In this document: positions 1-7,581 of the stretch, in pieces
How the letters are laid out: each line of letters opens with the position of its first letter
Position numbering within the stretch: position 1 is the first letter of the stretch
The notes under the pieces: generated by a model
Seen by the model: the letters and a program-made list of their open reading frames with translations, nothing else
Database searches by the model: none
Told to the model about the DNA's origin: nothing
Made by a program: the position numbers and the translations under genes
Virus record (IMG/VR): IMGVR_UViG_3300025251_000041
Coordinates: 1-34,139 of that record
Direction: 5' to 3' (one strand)
DNA from: a virus
Lineage: Duplodnaviria; Caudoviricetes
DNA: 34,139 nt

Positions 1-132
1 CTCATGGCCCCGCCCGGACCCGATCCCGCAATCGGACCCGCTTTGAATCCGGCGATTGGTGCGGTTCCGCCCTACTATCCAAGCATTCCTGGTTCGACAG
101 GGGCGGGGTCTTCCTTGCCCCTTAGGCCGTAG
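1..132 (+). CDS. Pro/Gly-rich ORF, either the 3' end of a longer gene or a 42-aa peptide starting at ATG 4 (MAPPGPDPAIGPALNPAIG...)
   Basis: Frame 1 is open from 1 to TAG 130-132; internal PAIG repeat; not in the ORF track; upstream context is missing. Confidence 0.55.
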   Translation, partial: LMAPPGPDPAIGPALNPAIGAVPPYYPSIPGSTGAGSSLPLRP

Positions 133-143
133 AAGGAACAATC

Positions 144-185
144 ATGGCTCCTCCTTATCCGACGACGTGGAGTCGCAGCTACTAG
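144..185 (+). CDS. 13-aa peptide MAPPYPTTWSRSY
   Basis: AAGGAACAATC precedes ATG 144; TAG at 183-185 runs directly into the next SD-like motif (AGGAAC). Confidence 0.35.
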   Translation: MAPPYPTTWSRSY

Positions 186-196
186 GAACAAAAACA

Positions 197-1000
197 ATGG
201 CTGATTACGGATTTCCACCGCTGCCGGTTTATCCCAGTGTTCCACCAGTCGTTCAGAATCCCGGCGTAAGGATGCCGGGTTTTCCTGCTCCGGGTGTCCC
301 CCTCAATCCGAATCAGCAACTTCCCGGTCCCGGTTTCCCTGGAAACCGAAACCGGATTCCTTCGGGGCCAATCGTACCCCAGTTACCGTCCATTCCTATG
401 GGAGGAACATTCGATCCTTCCATTCCGTCAACGGGACAGACTCCGTTCGCTGCGGCGTGGCAGGCGTTACAGGTAGCAGCGGGAATGACTCCTCCTCCGT
501 CTAACAGTGCGGTTCAAAACGCATATGGCAATTTGCCGATTGGTGGTTCGGGTCCGCACTTGGGCCGGAATCCCAATTTTCCGCAAACGACTGTTGGCAA
601 TCTGGGTGTCGGGGATGTCATTCCCACTGTCAGTCCGAGAGTGAAAACGGCAGCAGGGACTATCGCACTCTACGAAGCCAATGTGGCGGCTCAGAATGCG
701 TGGCGTGCGGCTCAAAACTTTGGAGCCGGTGTTCATGCAAACTGGTTTCCGGGCAGCTACCCGCAGGGTGGGGGAGTTTATCCGGGTGCAGGGAAATTAC
801 CCTACGACCCCAGTCTCCCGGTTGGGCCTAGCAATATGAGTCCCGGTATGCCGGGCCAGAACATTCCCGGTTACGGACAACCGAATATTCCTGTTGGAAC
901 CCCCCAGCCGCCAACGGGGACGCCGCCGTCTTGGTGGCCAGGTGTTCTGCGTCCAGCCGCACCAGTATTGCCAAGGCCGGGAGATCCGCCCCCACCATGA
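197..1000 (+). CDS. Pro/Gly-rich low-complexity, probably disordered protein (267 aa)
   Basis: ATG 197 follows AGGAACAAAAACA; only 6 acidic residues; stop overlaps next start (ATGA 997-1000). Confidence 0.7.
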   Translation: MADYGFPPLPVYPSVPPVVQNPGVRMPGFPAPGVPLNPNQQLPGPGFPGNRNRIPSGPIVPQLPSIPMGGTFDPSIPSTGQTPFAAAWQALQVAAGMTPPPSNSAVQNAYGNLPIGGSGPHLGRNPNFPQTTVGNLGVGDVIPTVSPRVKTAAGTIALYEANVAAQNAWRAAQNFGAGVHANWFPGSYPQGGGVYPGAGKLPYDPSLPVGPSNMSPGMPGQNIPGYGQPNIPVGTPQPPTGTPPSWWPGVLRPAAPVLPRPGDPPPP

Positions 1001-1284
1001 CAGTCGTTTACAGGATCAACGGACAAGAGGTCGACCGAAAGGAATTCATCAAGGGTTCCAAGGGGTCGGGAAACATCCGCAAGCCCTACGAGTCCGGCCA
1101 GGTGATCGTCTCCGAGGGGGCGGCAGTTCATCCCAAGGACCGTGCGGCAGCGGAGGATCATGCCCGAAAGCATGGATTCCCGATAGACTTCGATCATCAC
1201 GGCAGGCCGCATTTCACGAGTCATCGCCAGCAGAGGGCGTACCTGAGAACGATTGGACTGCACAACAAGGATGGTGTGGGGTAG
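997..1284 (+). CDS. Hypothetical phage protein (95 aa) upstream of the scaffold gene
   Basis: ATGA coupling with the previous gene; protein-like sequence (SEGAAVHP...FDHHGRPHFTS...RAYLRTIG). Confidence 0.75.
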   Translation: MTVVYRINGQEVDRKEFIKGSKGSGNIRKPYESGQVIVSEGAAVHPKDRAAAEDHARKHGFPIDFDHHGRPHFTSHRQQRAYLRTIGLHNKDGVG

Positions 1285-1290
1285 TTTTTT

Positions 1291-1319
1291 TTGACACCAG
1301 AGACGCATAAACGTATTTT
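1291..1319 (+). promoter_or_regulatory. Sigma70-type promoter for the head operon
   Basis: TTGACA (1291-1296), 17 nt, TATTTT (1314-1319), with a T-tract upstream, in an AT-rich intergenic gap. Confidence 0.7.
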
Positions 1320-1333
1320 TATTGGTGGATGCG

Positions 1334-1447
1334 ATGCCTAAAGTTGGCAAGAAGAAGTTCTCGTATGGGAAGAAGGGTAAGGCTGCTGCGAAGCGGTACG
1401 CCAAAAAGACCGGGAAGAAAATGAGTTACCACAAGGGGAAGAAGTGA
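1334..1447 (+). CDS. Small Lys-rich basic peptide (37 aa), possible nucleic-acid-binding or core protein
   Basis: MPKVGKKKFSYGKKGKAAAKRYAKKTGKKMSYHKGKK: 15 K, 1 R, no D/E; TGATG overlap with the scaffold start. Confidence 0.75.
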   Translation: MPKVGKKKFSYGKKGKAAAKRYAKKTGKKMSYHKGKK

Positions 1448-2301
1448 TGCCAGAAGAAACAGTTGCTGATCAGCAGGAAGTGGTGGAGTCCTCTCCCGAG
1501 GATATCGTGGAGGAGGAGCCGGTATTTGAAGACCCGGTTGTTTCTGATACCGAGACTGAGGAGGAGGCTGTTGTCGGGGAAGCCCCTGCCGATGATGATG
1601 GAGGGTTCCGCAACGACCAGTACGCTATGGGCGCGGCGTTGGGCATGACTCCCGAGCAGGTTCGGGCGTTCGGCGATCCTGACAGCTTTGACCAGGTTGC
1701 CGGTCGTGTTGCTCAGGGAATGCAGCAGCGTCAGATGCCGGTCCAGCAGGGTGCGCCCCCTGTCGGCAACTTCGCCTTCGAGTCTCCCGATGATTTCGAC
1801 GAGAACATCGTCGCGATGAACAACCATGCGAACTGGCGGTTCACCCAGATGGAGGCGATGTTGGGCGCGATGCACCAGCAGCAGCAGCGGCTTCAGGCCG
1901 AGACGACTGGCCGTGAGGTCGACAGCATCCTGAACAGTTACAGCGAAGAGATTTTCGGTCGAGGACGGCTCAGTGATGTTGAGCAGGAATCGGCCATGAA
2001 CCGTGTTTCAGTGGCGAATGAGATTGCTCGCCAGGGGCACGGCTACATGACTCAGGGGCAACAGGTTCCGCCCTTGGAGCAGCTTGTGGATCAGGCTGTG
2101 AACACGTTGTATGGAACTCAAATGAAGGATCAGGCTTTGAGGAATGTTTCCGAGAAGACCCGGAAGAATGCGTCGCAGGCCACGGCCAAGCCGACGCAGC
2201 AGGAGGAGTCCCCGGTGTCTGGGCAGGAAGCCGCAGTCAGGGCCGCAGCCGAATGGCATCGTCAAAATGGCACCTTTACGGGCCAGGACGAGTTTGCCTG
2301 A
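1447..2301 (+). CDS. Putative capsid scaffolding protein
   Basis: Very acidic disordered N-terminus, Gln-rich helical body, lies immediately upstream of the major capsid gene. Confidence 0.7.
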   Translation: MPEETVADQQEVVESSPEDIVEEEPVFEDPVVSDTETEEEAVVGEAPADDDGGFRNDQYAMGAALGMTPEQVRAFGDPDSFDQVAGRVAQGMQQRQMPVQQGAPPVGNFAFESPDDFDENIVAMNNHANWRFTQMEAMLGAMHQQQQRLQAETTGREVDSILNSYSEEIFGRGRLSDVEQESAMNRVSVANEIARQGHGYMTQGQQVPPLEQLVDQAVNTLYGTQMKDQALRNVSEKTRKNASQATAKPTQQEESPVSGQEAAVRAAAEWHRQNGTFTGQDEFA

Positions 2302-2327
2302 TGGCATAAAAAGAAAGGGAGTAATCC

Positions 2328-3365
2328 ATGCCTTACCAAGGCGACGATTACACTGATCTCGTAACCACTACCCTTCGTCATCTTGAGAAGACGACGTGGG
2401 CTGACATTGTTGTTGACAACCAGCGTCACATTGCGTTGCCGCAGGTTTTGAAGCAGAAGAAGGTCGAGTTCGGTTCGGGCTACGGCTACCAGTTCAATGT
2501 CCGCGTCCTGAGCAACAACGCTGCTCGCAACGTGAAGTTGAACGAGGTCGACAACCCGACGACCGCTGACACCCAGACCACGGGCAATGTGCCTTGGCGT
2601 CACACCGAGACCCACTGGGCCTTGGAAGAGCGGATCATTTCGATGAACCGTTCGCCCGCCCGTCTGGTCAATCTGCTCCAGACGAGTCGCGTCGATGCGA
2701 TGACCGACTTGGCTGAAGTGATGGAAACGAACTTCTGGTCGAAGCCGGATTCGTCTTCCGATTCCCTGAAGCCCTACGGTGTCCCGTACTGGATCGTCTA
2801 CAACGCGACGACCGGGTTCAACGGCGGTCACCCGGCAGGCTTCTCGGACGTTGGCGGAATCAGTGCAACCACCTACACCAGGTGGAAGAACTGGTCTGCG
2901 AACTACAGCGAGGTCAGCAAGGGCGATTTGATCAAGAAGTGGCGTGAAGCTGCCACGAAGACCGAATTCCGTCCTCCTGTTGACGGTCCCTTCAGCAACA
3001 TGAATTCCGACTACGGCTTCTACACCGACTACACGGTGTTGGGCACGTTGGAGGAATTGCTTGAGGGGCAAAACGACAATTTGGGGAATGACGTGGCTAG
3101 CAAAGATGGGCTGACCGTCTTCCGTCGCACTCCTGTTGTCTGGGTTCCGTGGTTCGACAACAACAGTGGCACGACTGACACGACCAACCCGGTCTACGGG
3201 ATCAACTGGTCGGTGTTCAAGCCTGCCTTCCTGAGCGGCGAGTACATGAAGGAGACGAAGGTAACTCCGCACCCGCTGCACCACAGAACGATCACGCAGT
3301 ACACTGACTGCTCATACCAGTTCTGCTGCCTTGACCGGCGTCGGAACTTCGTTCTGTCCAAGTAG
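2328..3365 (+). CDS. Major capsid protein (HK97 fold inferred)
   Basis: 345 aa; SD AAGGGAG; N-terminal DLVTTTLRH..WAD pattern typical of podovirus-type capsids; strong C-ending codon bias; follows the scaffold gene. Confidence 0.85.
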   Translation: MPYQGDDYTDLVTTTLRHLEKTTWADIVVDNQRHIALPQVLKQKKVEFGSGYGYQFNVRVLSNNAARNVKLNEVDNPTTADTQTTGNVPWRHTETHWALEERIISMNRSPARLVNLLQTSRVDAMTDLAEVMETNFWSKPDSSSDSLKPYGVPYWIVYNATTGFNGGHPAGFSDVGGISATTYTRWKNWSANYSEVSKGDLIKKWREAATKTEFRPPVDGPFSNMNSDYGFYTDYTVLGTLEELLEGQNDNLGNDVASKDGLTVFRRTPVVWVPWFDNNSGTTDTTNPVYGINWSVFKPAFLSGEYMKETKVTPHPLHHRTITQYTDCSYQFCCLDRRRNFVLSK

Positions 3366-3372
3366 TTTGACT

Positions 3373-3443
3373 GACACGTTCCCTCCCCCCCAGCCATCGC
3401 TGCCATGCGGGGGGAGGGGTTGTCTGAGATTGGCAGCATCAGA
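3373..3443 (+). promoter_or_regulatory. Two-hairpin intergenic RNA structure after the capsid gene (attenuator, stabiliser or terminator)
   Basis: CCCTCCCCCC 3381-3390 pairs with GGGGGGAGGG 3409-3418; TCTGA 3423-3427 pairs with TCAGA 3439-3443; no U-tract. Confidence 0.55.
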
Positions 3444-3454
3444 AAGGCTTTACG

Positions 3455-4210
3455 ATGACAAGTTCAATGCAGCACAAAGGCGTTGTGAACGCCGGTCGCC
3501 TGTCTCCAGTGATCTGGGGCAACTTCCCGGTCAAGAATGCCCTCGTGGGCTTGGGCGGCGAAATGTTCATGGTTGACCCGTTCAACATCAACGACATTTC
3601 GGAAGACGACAGGGTTGGCGAGGGGACAGCGTCTTGGGACTCCACCAACTTCGCCATTGATCTCACGGCTGGCAGTGTGGCTGAGGACGCGGCGGTCCTT
3701 TCCAGCCGGGTCAAGTTGTCCCTGTCCGGTCGGTTCGCCGTTGAGGGGTCAATCAACATCGACAGCATTGCCGATAGCGACAACGCGGTGTTTGTTGGTT
3801 TCTCGGCTGCTCGCGACGGGGGCTTCCTGGTTGACTCTCAGGATGGATCTGGTGCGATTGCGGCAGGGACTGTCGGTGTTTACATCGACCGTGACAAAAG
3901 TGGAGACGAGACTGATTCCGACAGCGTGTCGTATGATGCCGGGAGTCTCCTGATTGCCACCCGTGGTGATTCGGGAGCGGCCCGCATCAAGGATTCTGGC
4001 AGCAACGTGGCTGCCGCCACTGCCACCAAGATCGGGATTGTGAATCGTGGCGACGGGATTGTTCGTCTCTTTGTTGATGACACCGAAGTGGCGACTGACA
4101 CCATGCCGACGATTGCCAGCGGGTACGCGGTGATTGGGACCAAGGCTGAGGGCAATGGTGCCCCGGTTCTGGACATTGGTCGGTTCTTCGCTGCTGGTGT
4201 GTCGGACTGA
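3455..4210 (+). CDS. Putative head decoration or minor capsid protein (beta-rich)
   Basis: 251 aa, Gly/Ala/Ser/Asp-rich beta-strand pattern, directly after the capsid gene. Confidence 0.55.
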   Translation: MTSSMQHKGVVNAGRLSPVIWGNFPVKNALVGLGGEMFMVDPFNINDISEDDRVGEGTASWDSTNFAIDLTAGSVAEDAAVLSSRVKLSLSGRFAVEGSINIDSIADSDNAVFVGFSAARDGGFLVDSQDGSGAIAAGTVGVYIDRDKSGDETDSDSVSYDAGSLLIATRGDSGAARIKDSGSNVAAATATKIGIVNRGDGIVRLFVDDTEVATDTMPTIASGYAVIGTKAEGNGAPVLDIGRFFAAGVSD

Positions 4211-4225
4211 GTCCTCGCGGGTTGA

Positions 4226-4263
4226 CGCCGGGGAGGGTTTTTCCTCACGGACCCTCCCCGGCG
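4226..4263 (+). terminator. Strong GC hairpin (terminator or regulatory)
   Basis: Perfect 13-bp inverted repeat CGCCGGGGAGGGT/ACCCTCCCCGGCG with a 12-nt loop; no U-tract. Confidence 0.55.
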
Positions 4264-4289
4264 AAAGCCGTCCTCACAAGGAACAAGAC

Positions 4290-4487
4290 ATGGACGACAA
4301 AGCGAAGAAGAAGGCCGAGTCGGTCTTTGGCAGTTGCAGCGAGCGACTTGAGTCATACGGCGACAAGTACGCTGCCGTTCTGGATGCCTGCGGTTCCGAT
4401 CTTGCATTAGCACTGGCCGGTATCCGGTGTGGTCTCGACCCGGTCGAGAAGCCGAAGAAGAAGCCTGCCTCCAAGAAGAAGAAGTAA
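4290..4487 (+). CDS. Hypothetical protein (65 aa) with Lys-rich C-terminus
   Basis: AAGGAACAAGAC precedes ATG 4290; stop abuts next ATG. Confidence 0.7.
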   Translation: MDDKAKKKAESVFGSCSERLESYGDKYAAVLDACGSDLALALAGIRCGLDPVEKPKKKPASKKKK

Positions 4488-4847
4488 ATGGACGAACGGA
4501 CGCGGGAGCGCATGGAATTGATGAACGGCGGGCCTCTTCCCCCCGCTGTTGAGAAGTTGTATGTCAAGGTCAGGCGTCTGTCTGACATGGGAAACGGGCC
4601 AGCGGACCTTCCCACAAGCGTGCTGGCCCTGATCCTTGCCCTCGCGTTCGATCCGCCCCCACGGGTGGCGAGTCCAGGTTCGGGGCAAAAGCTAACGAAG
4701 GAGGACGCGGGGCGTCGGTTCCTCCTGAACGGGAGCGAAGGCACCTTTCTTGGCCGTGGCCCGAGGGGGTTTTACAAGGTTGAGGTCGACGGCGAGAGCA
4801 AGTTGATCCAGCCAGAGAAGTTCCACGAAGTCTGCGAGCTAGTGTAA
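4488..4847 (+). CDS. Hypothetical protein (119 aa)
   Basis: TAA-ATG junctions on both sides. Confidence 0.75.
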   Translation: MDERTRERMELMNGGPLPPAVEKLYVKVRRLSDMGNGPADLPTSVLALILALAFDPPPRVASPGSGQKLTKEDAGRRFLLNGSEGTFLGRGPRGFYKVEVDGESKLIQPEKFHEVCELV

Positions 4848-5846
4848 ATGGCCGAGTCCACACTGAGCCTGTCCTTCGAGGACTTGCGGGACGCGGTCTA
4901 CGAGTTCCTGTACGGCGGTGACGGTGATCACTCCGGGGAGAGTGACGCCAACCGCAAGGCACTTGTGGACCGGGTCGTGTATTCCGGCCTGCGTCAATTC
5001 TACAAGCCGCCCCCGGTCGGTGGATCGGTCCACGACTGGTCCTTCCTGATGCCGGTGACGACCCTCTCAATCAACGCCCCGTACACGACGGGTACGATTA
5101 CGGCTTCCAGTGGTGTTGTCACGCTAGTTGGCGGTACGTTTCCGGCGTGGGCAGCGGCAGGAATGATCGAGATCAGCGGCACCGATTACTCGGTTGCCAC
5201 CAGAGACAGCGACACGCAGTTGACACTGGACGACACGAGTTCTGCGTCTGATGTGTCTGCTGGTGCGTCGTATGACTTGCATCAGGATGATTATGACTTG
5301 CCGGATGACTTCGGGAGGGTTCTGGGACCGTTCACATTCGCTCAGGCAGACAACGCATGGTACACCTGCCAGGTGGTGGGCGAGGCTCGCATTCGCGAGT
5401 TACGACAGAGGGACCGATACAAGAATTATTCGGGAGGCGATCCGCAATTCGCAGCGATTCGTCCGAAGGTGTTTGCCGAGGCGACGGGTACACGGCAGGA
5501 GGTTCTCTTCTGGCCCCCGATCACGTCGTCCGCGACGGTGACGTACCGCTACCGGGTCCGACCGAACAAGCCGAGTTCCGGCACGGATTACCTGTACGGG
5601 GGAAGCGATCACTCCGAGACGATCCTGTACTCGTGCCTGTCCGAGGCCGAGCGGCGACTGGATGACGAGCGTGGCCCGATGTTCGCGAGGTTTCAGGAGT
5701 CGCTGGTGTCGTCGATCATGTTCGACACGAAGGACAACCGGGCCGAGCATCTTGGGTACAATGGTGATGACTCTGATGGGATTCCGGTGTTCAACCGGAA
5801 CCGCCAATTCCTGTATAGTGGTCAGGTGACCTACAAGAACGAGTAG
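4848..5846 (+). CDS. Head-tail adaptor / tail tubular protein A-like, with inserted beta domain
   Basis: LSFEDLRDAV start, WSFL and DYDLPDDF motifs, FWPP...YRY, position in the morphogenesis block. Confidence 0.65.
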   Translation: MAESTLSLSFEDLRDAVYEFLYGGDGDHSGESDANRKALVDRVVYSGLRQFYKPPPVGGSVHDWSFLMPVTTLSINAPYTTGTITASSGVVTLVGGTFPAWAAAGMIEISGTDYSVATRDSDTQLTLDDTSSASDVSAGASYDLHQDDYDLPDDFGRVLGPFTFAQADNAWYTCQVVGEARIRELRQRDRYKNYSGGDPQFAAIRPKVFAEATGTRQEVLFWPPITSSATVTYRYRVRPNKPSSGTDYLYGGSDHSETILYSCLSEAERRLDDERGPMFARFQESLVSSIMFDTKDNRAEHLGYNGDDSDGIPVFNRNRQFLYSGQVTYKNE

Positions 5847-5849
5847 CCT

Positions 5850-5931
5850 TCCGGTTGGTACAGGGTGAGAGTCCCTGCCCCATGTCGGGGAACCGGACCA
5901 TCCTTCACGATGTCAAAAGGAACGAGACATG
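5850..5931 (+). ncRNA. Candidate cis-regulatory structured RNA (three-way junction plus SD-masking hairpin)
   Basis: P1 TCCGGTT/AACCGGA, P2 CAGGG-TGAGAGT-CCCTG, P3 CCCC-ATGTC-GGGG, then TCCTT/AAGGA. Confidence 0.45.
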
Positions 5932-6312
5932 AGTAGCAAGAACGTACTTCGCCTGTTGCAATCGGCCCGTGAGATCAAGGCGAAGACCGCCGATTACACG
6001 GTGGTTGCCGGTGACTTCGACAGTATTTTCACGACCCGTGGCGCGGCGGCTGGCGTGACTTTCACGCTGCCCAAGGCTGCGAACTCCAGCGGGGGCATCG
6101 TGGAGTTCTACGCGGTGGCCGACCAGGACTTGATCATTGCCGGTCAGGACGAGGAACTCGTGGTGTTCAACGATCTGACCGCCGACAAGATCGAGTTTTC
6201 CACGACGAATGAGAAGATCGGTGGCGGCTTCCGTGCCGTGTGTGACGGGACATCATGGATCGTCGTTCCTCTGGCCACTGAAACCCAGACGGTCACCGTA
6301 ACGTCTGCGTAA
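5929..6312 (+). CDS. Small virion beta protein resembling the tail-fibre tip domain
   Basis: KTADYTVVAGD..VTFTLP..CDGTSW resembles KTADYTLVASD..VTITLP..TGKW at the end of the 10653-15803 protein. Confidence 0.65.
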   Translation: MSSKNVLRLLQSAREIKAKTADYTVVAGDFDSIFTTRGAAAGVTFTLPKAANSSGGIVEFYAVADQDLIIAGQDEELVVFNDLTADKIEFSTTNEKIGGGFRAVCDGTSWIVVPLATETQTVTVTSA

Positions 6313-6323
6313 GGGGGTGAGGC

Positions 6324-6659
6324 ATGACCAAGCGAATTCACAGGTGGTCTACCACCCTGTCGAGTGTCGTGGTGGATACTACGAACACGTCCTCCACGGA
6401 GGTCGATTTCTCGGAATACGCTGGTGGCGTGGTGTACGTCCCCAACGTCACGGGTGCAATTGGAAACATCACCTTCGAGGTCTCCGACAAGAAGGGCGGG
6501 ACGTACCACGCTCTTGAAGACAGCGGGGGCACGGCGGTGTCGATCACGGCGGAAATCAACAAGGGGTATCCGCTGCCTGACGAATTGTTCGGGGCAAATC
6601 ATTTTCGGATGGTTGCAGCGACGAACGCCAAGACGTGCATTGTCACGTTGAAGGGGTAA
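6324..6659 (+). CDS. Small beta-rich protein, probably structural
   Basis: 111 aa, SD-like GGGGGTGAGG, alternating beta pattern. Confidence 0.65.
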   Translation: MTKRIHRWSTTLSSVVVDTTNTSSTEVDFSEYAGGVVYVPNVTGAIGNITFEVSDKKGGTYHALEDSGGTAVSITAEINKGYPLPDELFGANHFRMVAATNAKTCIVTLKG

Positions 6660-6661
6660 CA

Positions 6662-7570
6662 GTGGAGATTGTATCGTCTGAGCCTGAGTTCTCGATACGC
6701 CACAGGCGGATGGTTCCGGCGTATTCGATGTCTGGTCAGGATGCTCGACTGGCCTCAATCCACACGACACCTGGTCACGATCCGAGACTGGTTGAGGTTG
6801 TGGGAGAGAGGCTCTCGCTGTCTGGAAAGACCTTCAACCTTGTGACCCCGTTCTCTGGGAAGAGTTTTTGTCTTGACGATTACTTTCGAGGAATCGACAG
6901 GCTTCCTATCTCCGAGGCTCACTATGTGGTCTACGACAATTCTTGTGATCACGAGTTCTCTGCTGAGTTATCGGAAATAGTGAAGAAGAAGTTCGACAGT
7001 TATATTCTTCTGGTGGATCACAATCCTCCCAGTACGATTGACGTGACTGATGACGCCTTGACGGTTGATGCGAGGGTGTGGGCGGTTTACAAGCGTCTCC
7101 TCAACGAAGAGATCGCTGATCTGCCATACACGATGATTGTCGAGGACGACGTGGAGATACCAGAGGGTTCCTACGAGACGCTTCACGCTTTGGCTGAATC
7201 GAGAGACGATCTTGCGACTGTTGTGGGTTCTATGAACAACCGCAGGAAATGTGATAATTATCCGGTGTTGTGGCATCTTCGCAGGACGTACCAGGTTGGT
7301 GGAAACTTTCAGCCAGAGACTGGTGTGGTGCGTGTTGTAGAGGAGAAGGAATTTGGGGTCGAGATTATCGGCAGCAGTCATCTTGGGTGCTGGCTGACCA
7401 AGACGCCCGTGATCAAGTCCTTGGGCGTGGATCGCAAGCATGAGGGGGTGCATTATGTAGATCAGTCGTGGGGGCTGGCTGTCCACAATGCCGGGTACAA
7501 GATGGCTGTGGACTGGTCTGTGAAGACGAAACACTACTACCTTGCAGACGGCAAGAAGAAGTATGTCTAG
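6662..7570 (+). CDS. Glycosyltransferase, GT-A fold (GT2-like)
   Basis: LVTPFSG, VVYDNS, IVEDDV (DxD-type motif), HLGCWL, YVDQSW..V...GYK..VDWSV...H; probable GTG start at 6662 after AAGGGG. Confidence 0.7.
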   Translation: MEIVSSEPEFSIRHRRMVPAYSMSGQDARLASIHTTPGHDPRLVEVVGERLSLSGKTFNLVTPFSGKSFCLDDYFRGIDRLPISEAHYVVYDNSCDHEFSAELSEIVKKKFDSYILLVDHNPPSTIDVTDDALTVDARVWAVYKRLLNEEIADLPYTMIVEDDVEIPEGSYETLHALAESRDDLATVVGSMNNRRKCDNYPVLWHLRRTYQVGGNFQPETGVVRVVEEKEFGVEIIGSSHLGCWLTKTPVIKSLGVDRKHEGVHYVDQSWGLAVHNAGYKMAVDWSVKTKHYYLADGKKKYV

Positions 7571-7581
7571 GGAGAAGACGG

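Noticed and set aside
56-196. ORF-track upstream starts (56, 931, 4134, 7468, 25939, 26222, 30644, 31941)
   Set aside because: These extensions overlap neighbouring genes and lack an SD; downstream ATGs with an SD or coupling were used instead
3355-3457. Readthrough or frameshift fusing the capsid to the next gene
   Set aside because: In-frame TGA three codons after the TAG, a TGA at 3368 in the 3455 frame, and no slippery heptamer
4205-4275. Hammerhead ribozyme (TTGACG-stem-CGAAA...GTC)
   Set aside because: Core should be CUGANGA; C3 and A9 are missing and stems I and III cannot be built
5850-5897. tRNA gene
   Set aside because: Only 48 nt; has a T-loop-like arm but no D arm, anticodon arm or cloverleaf
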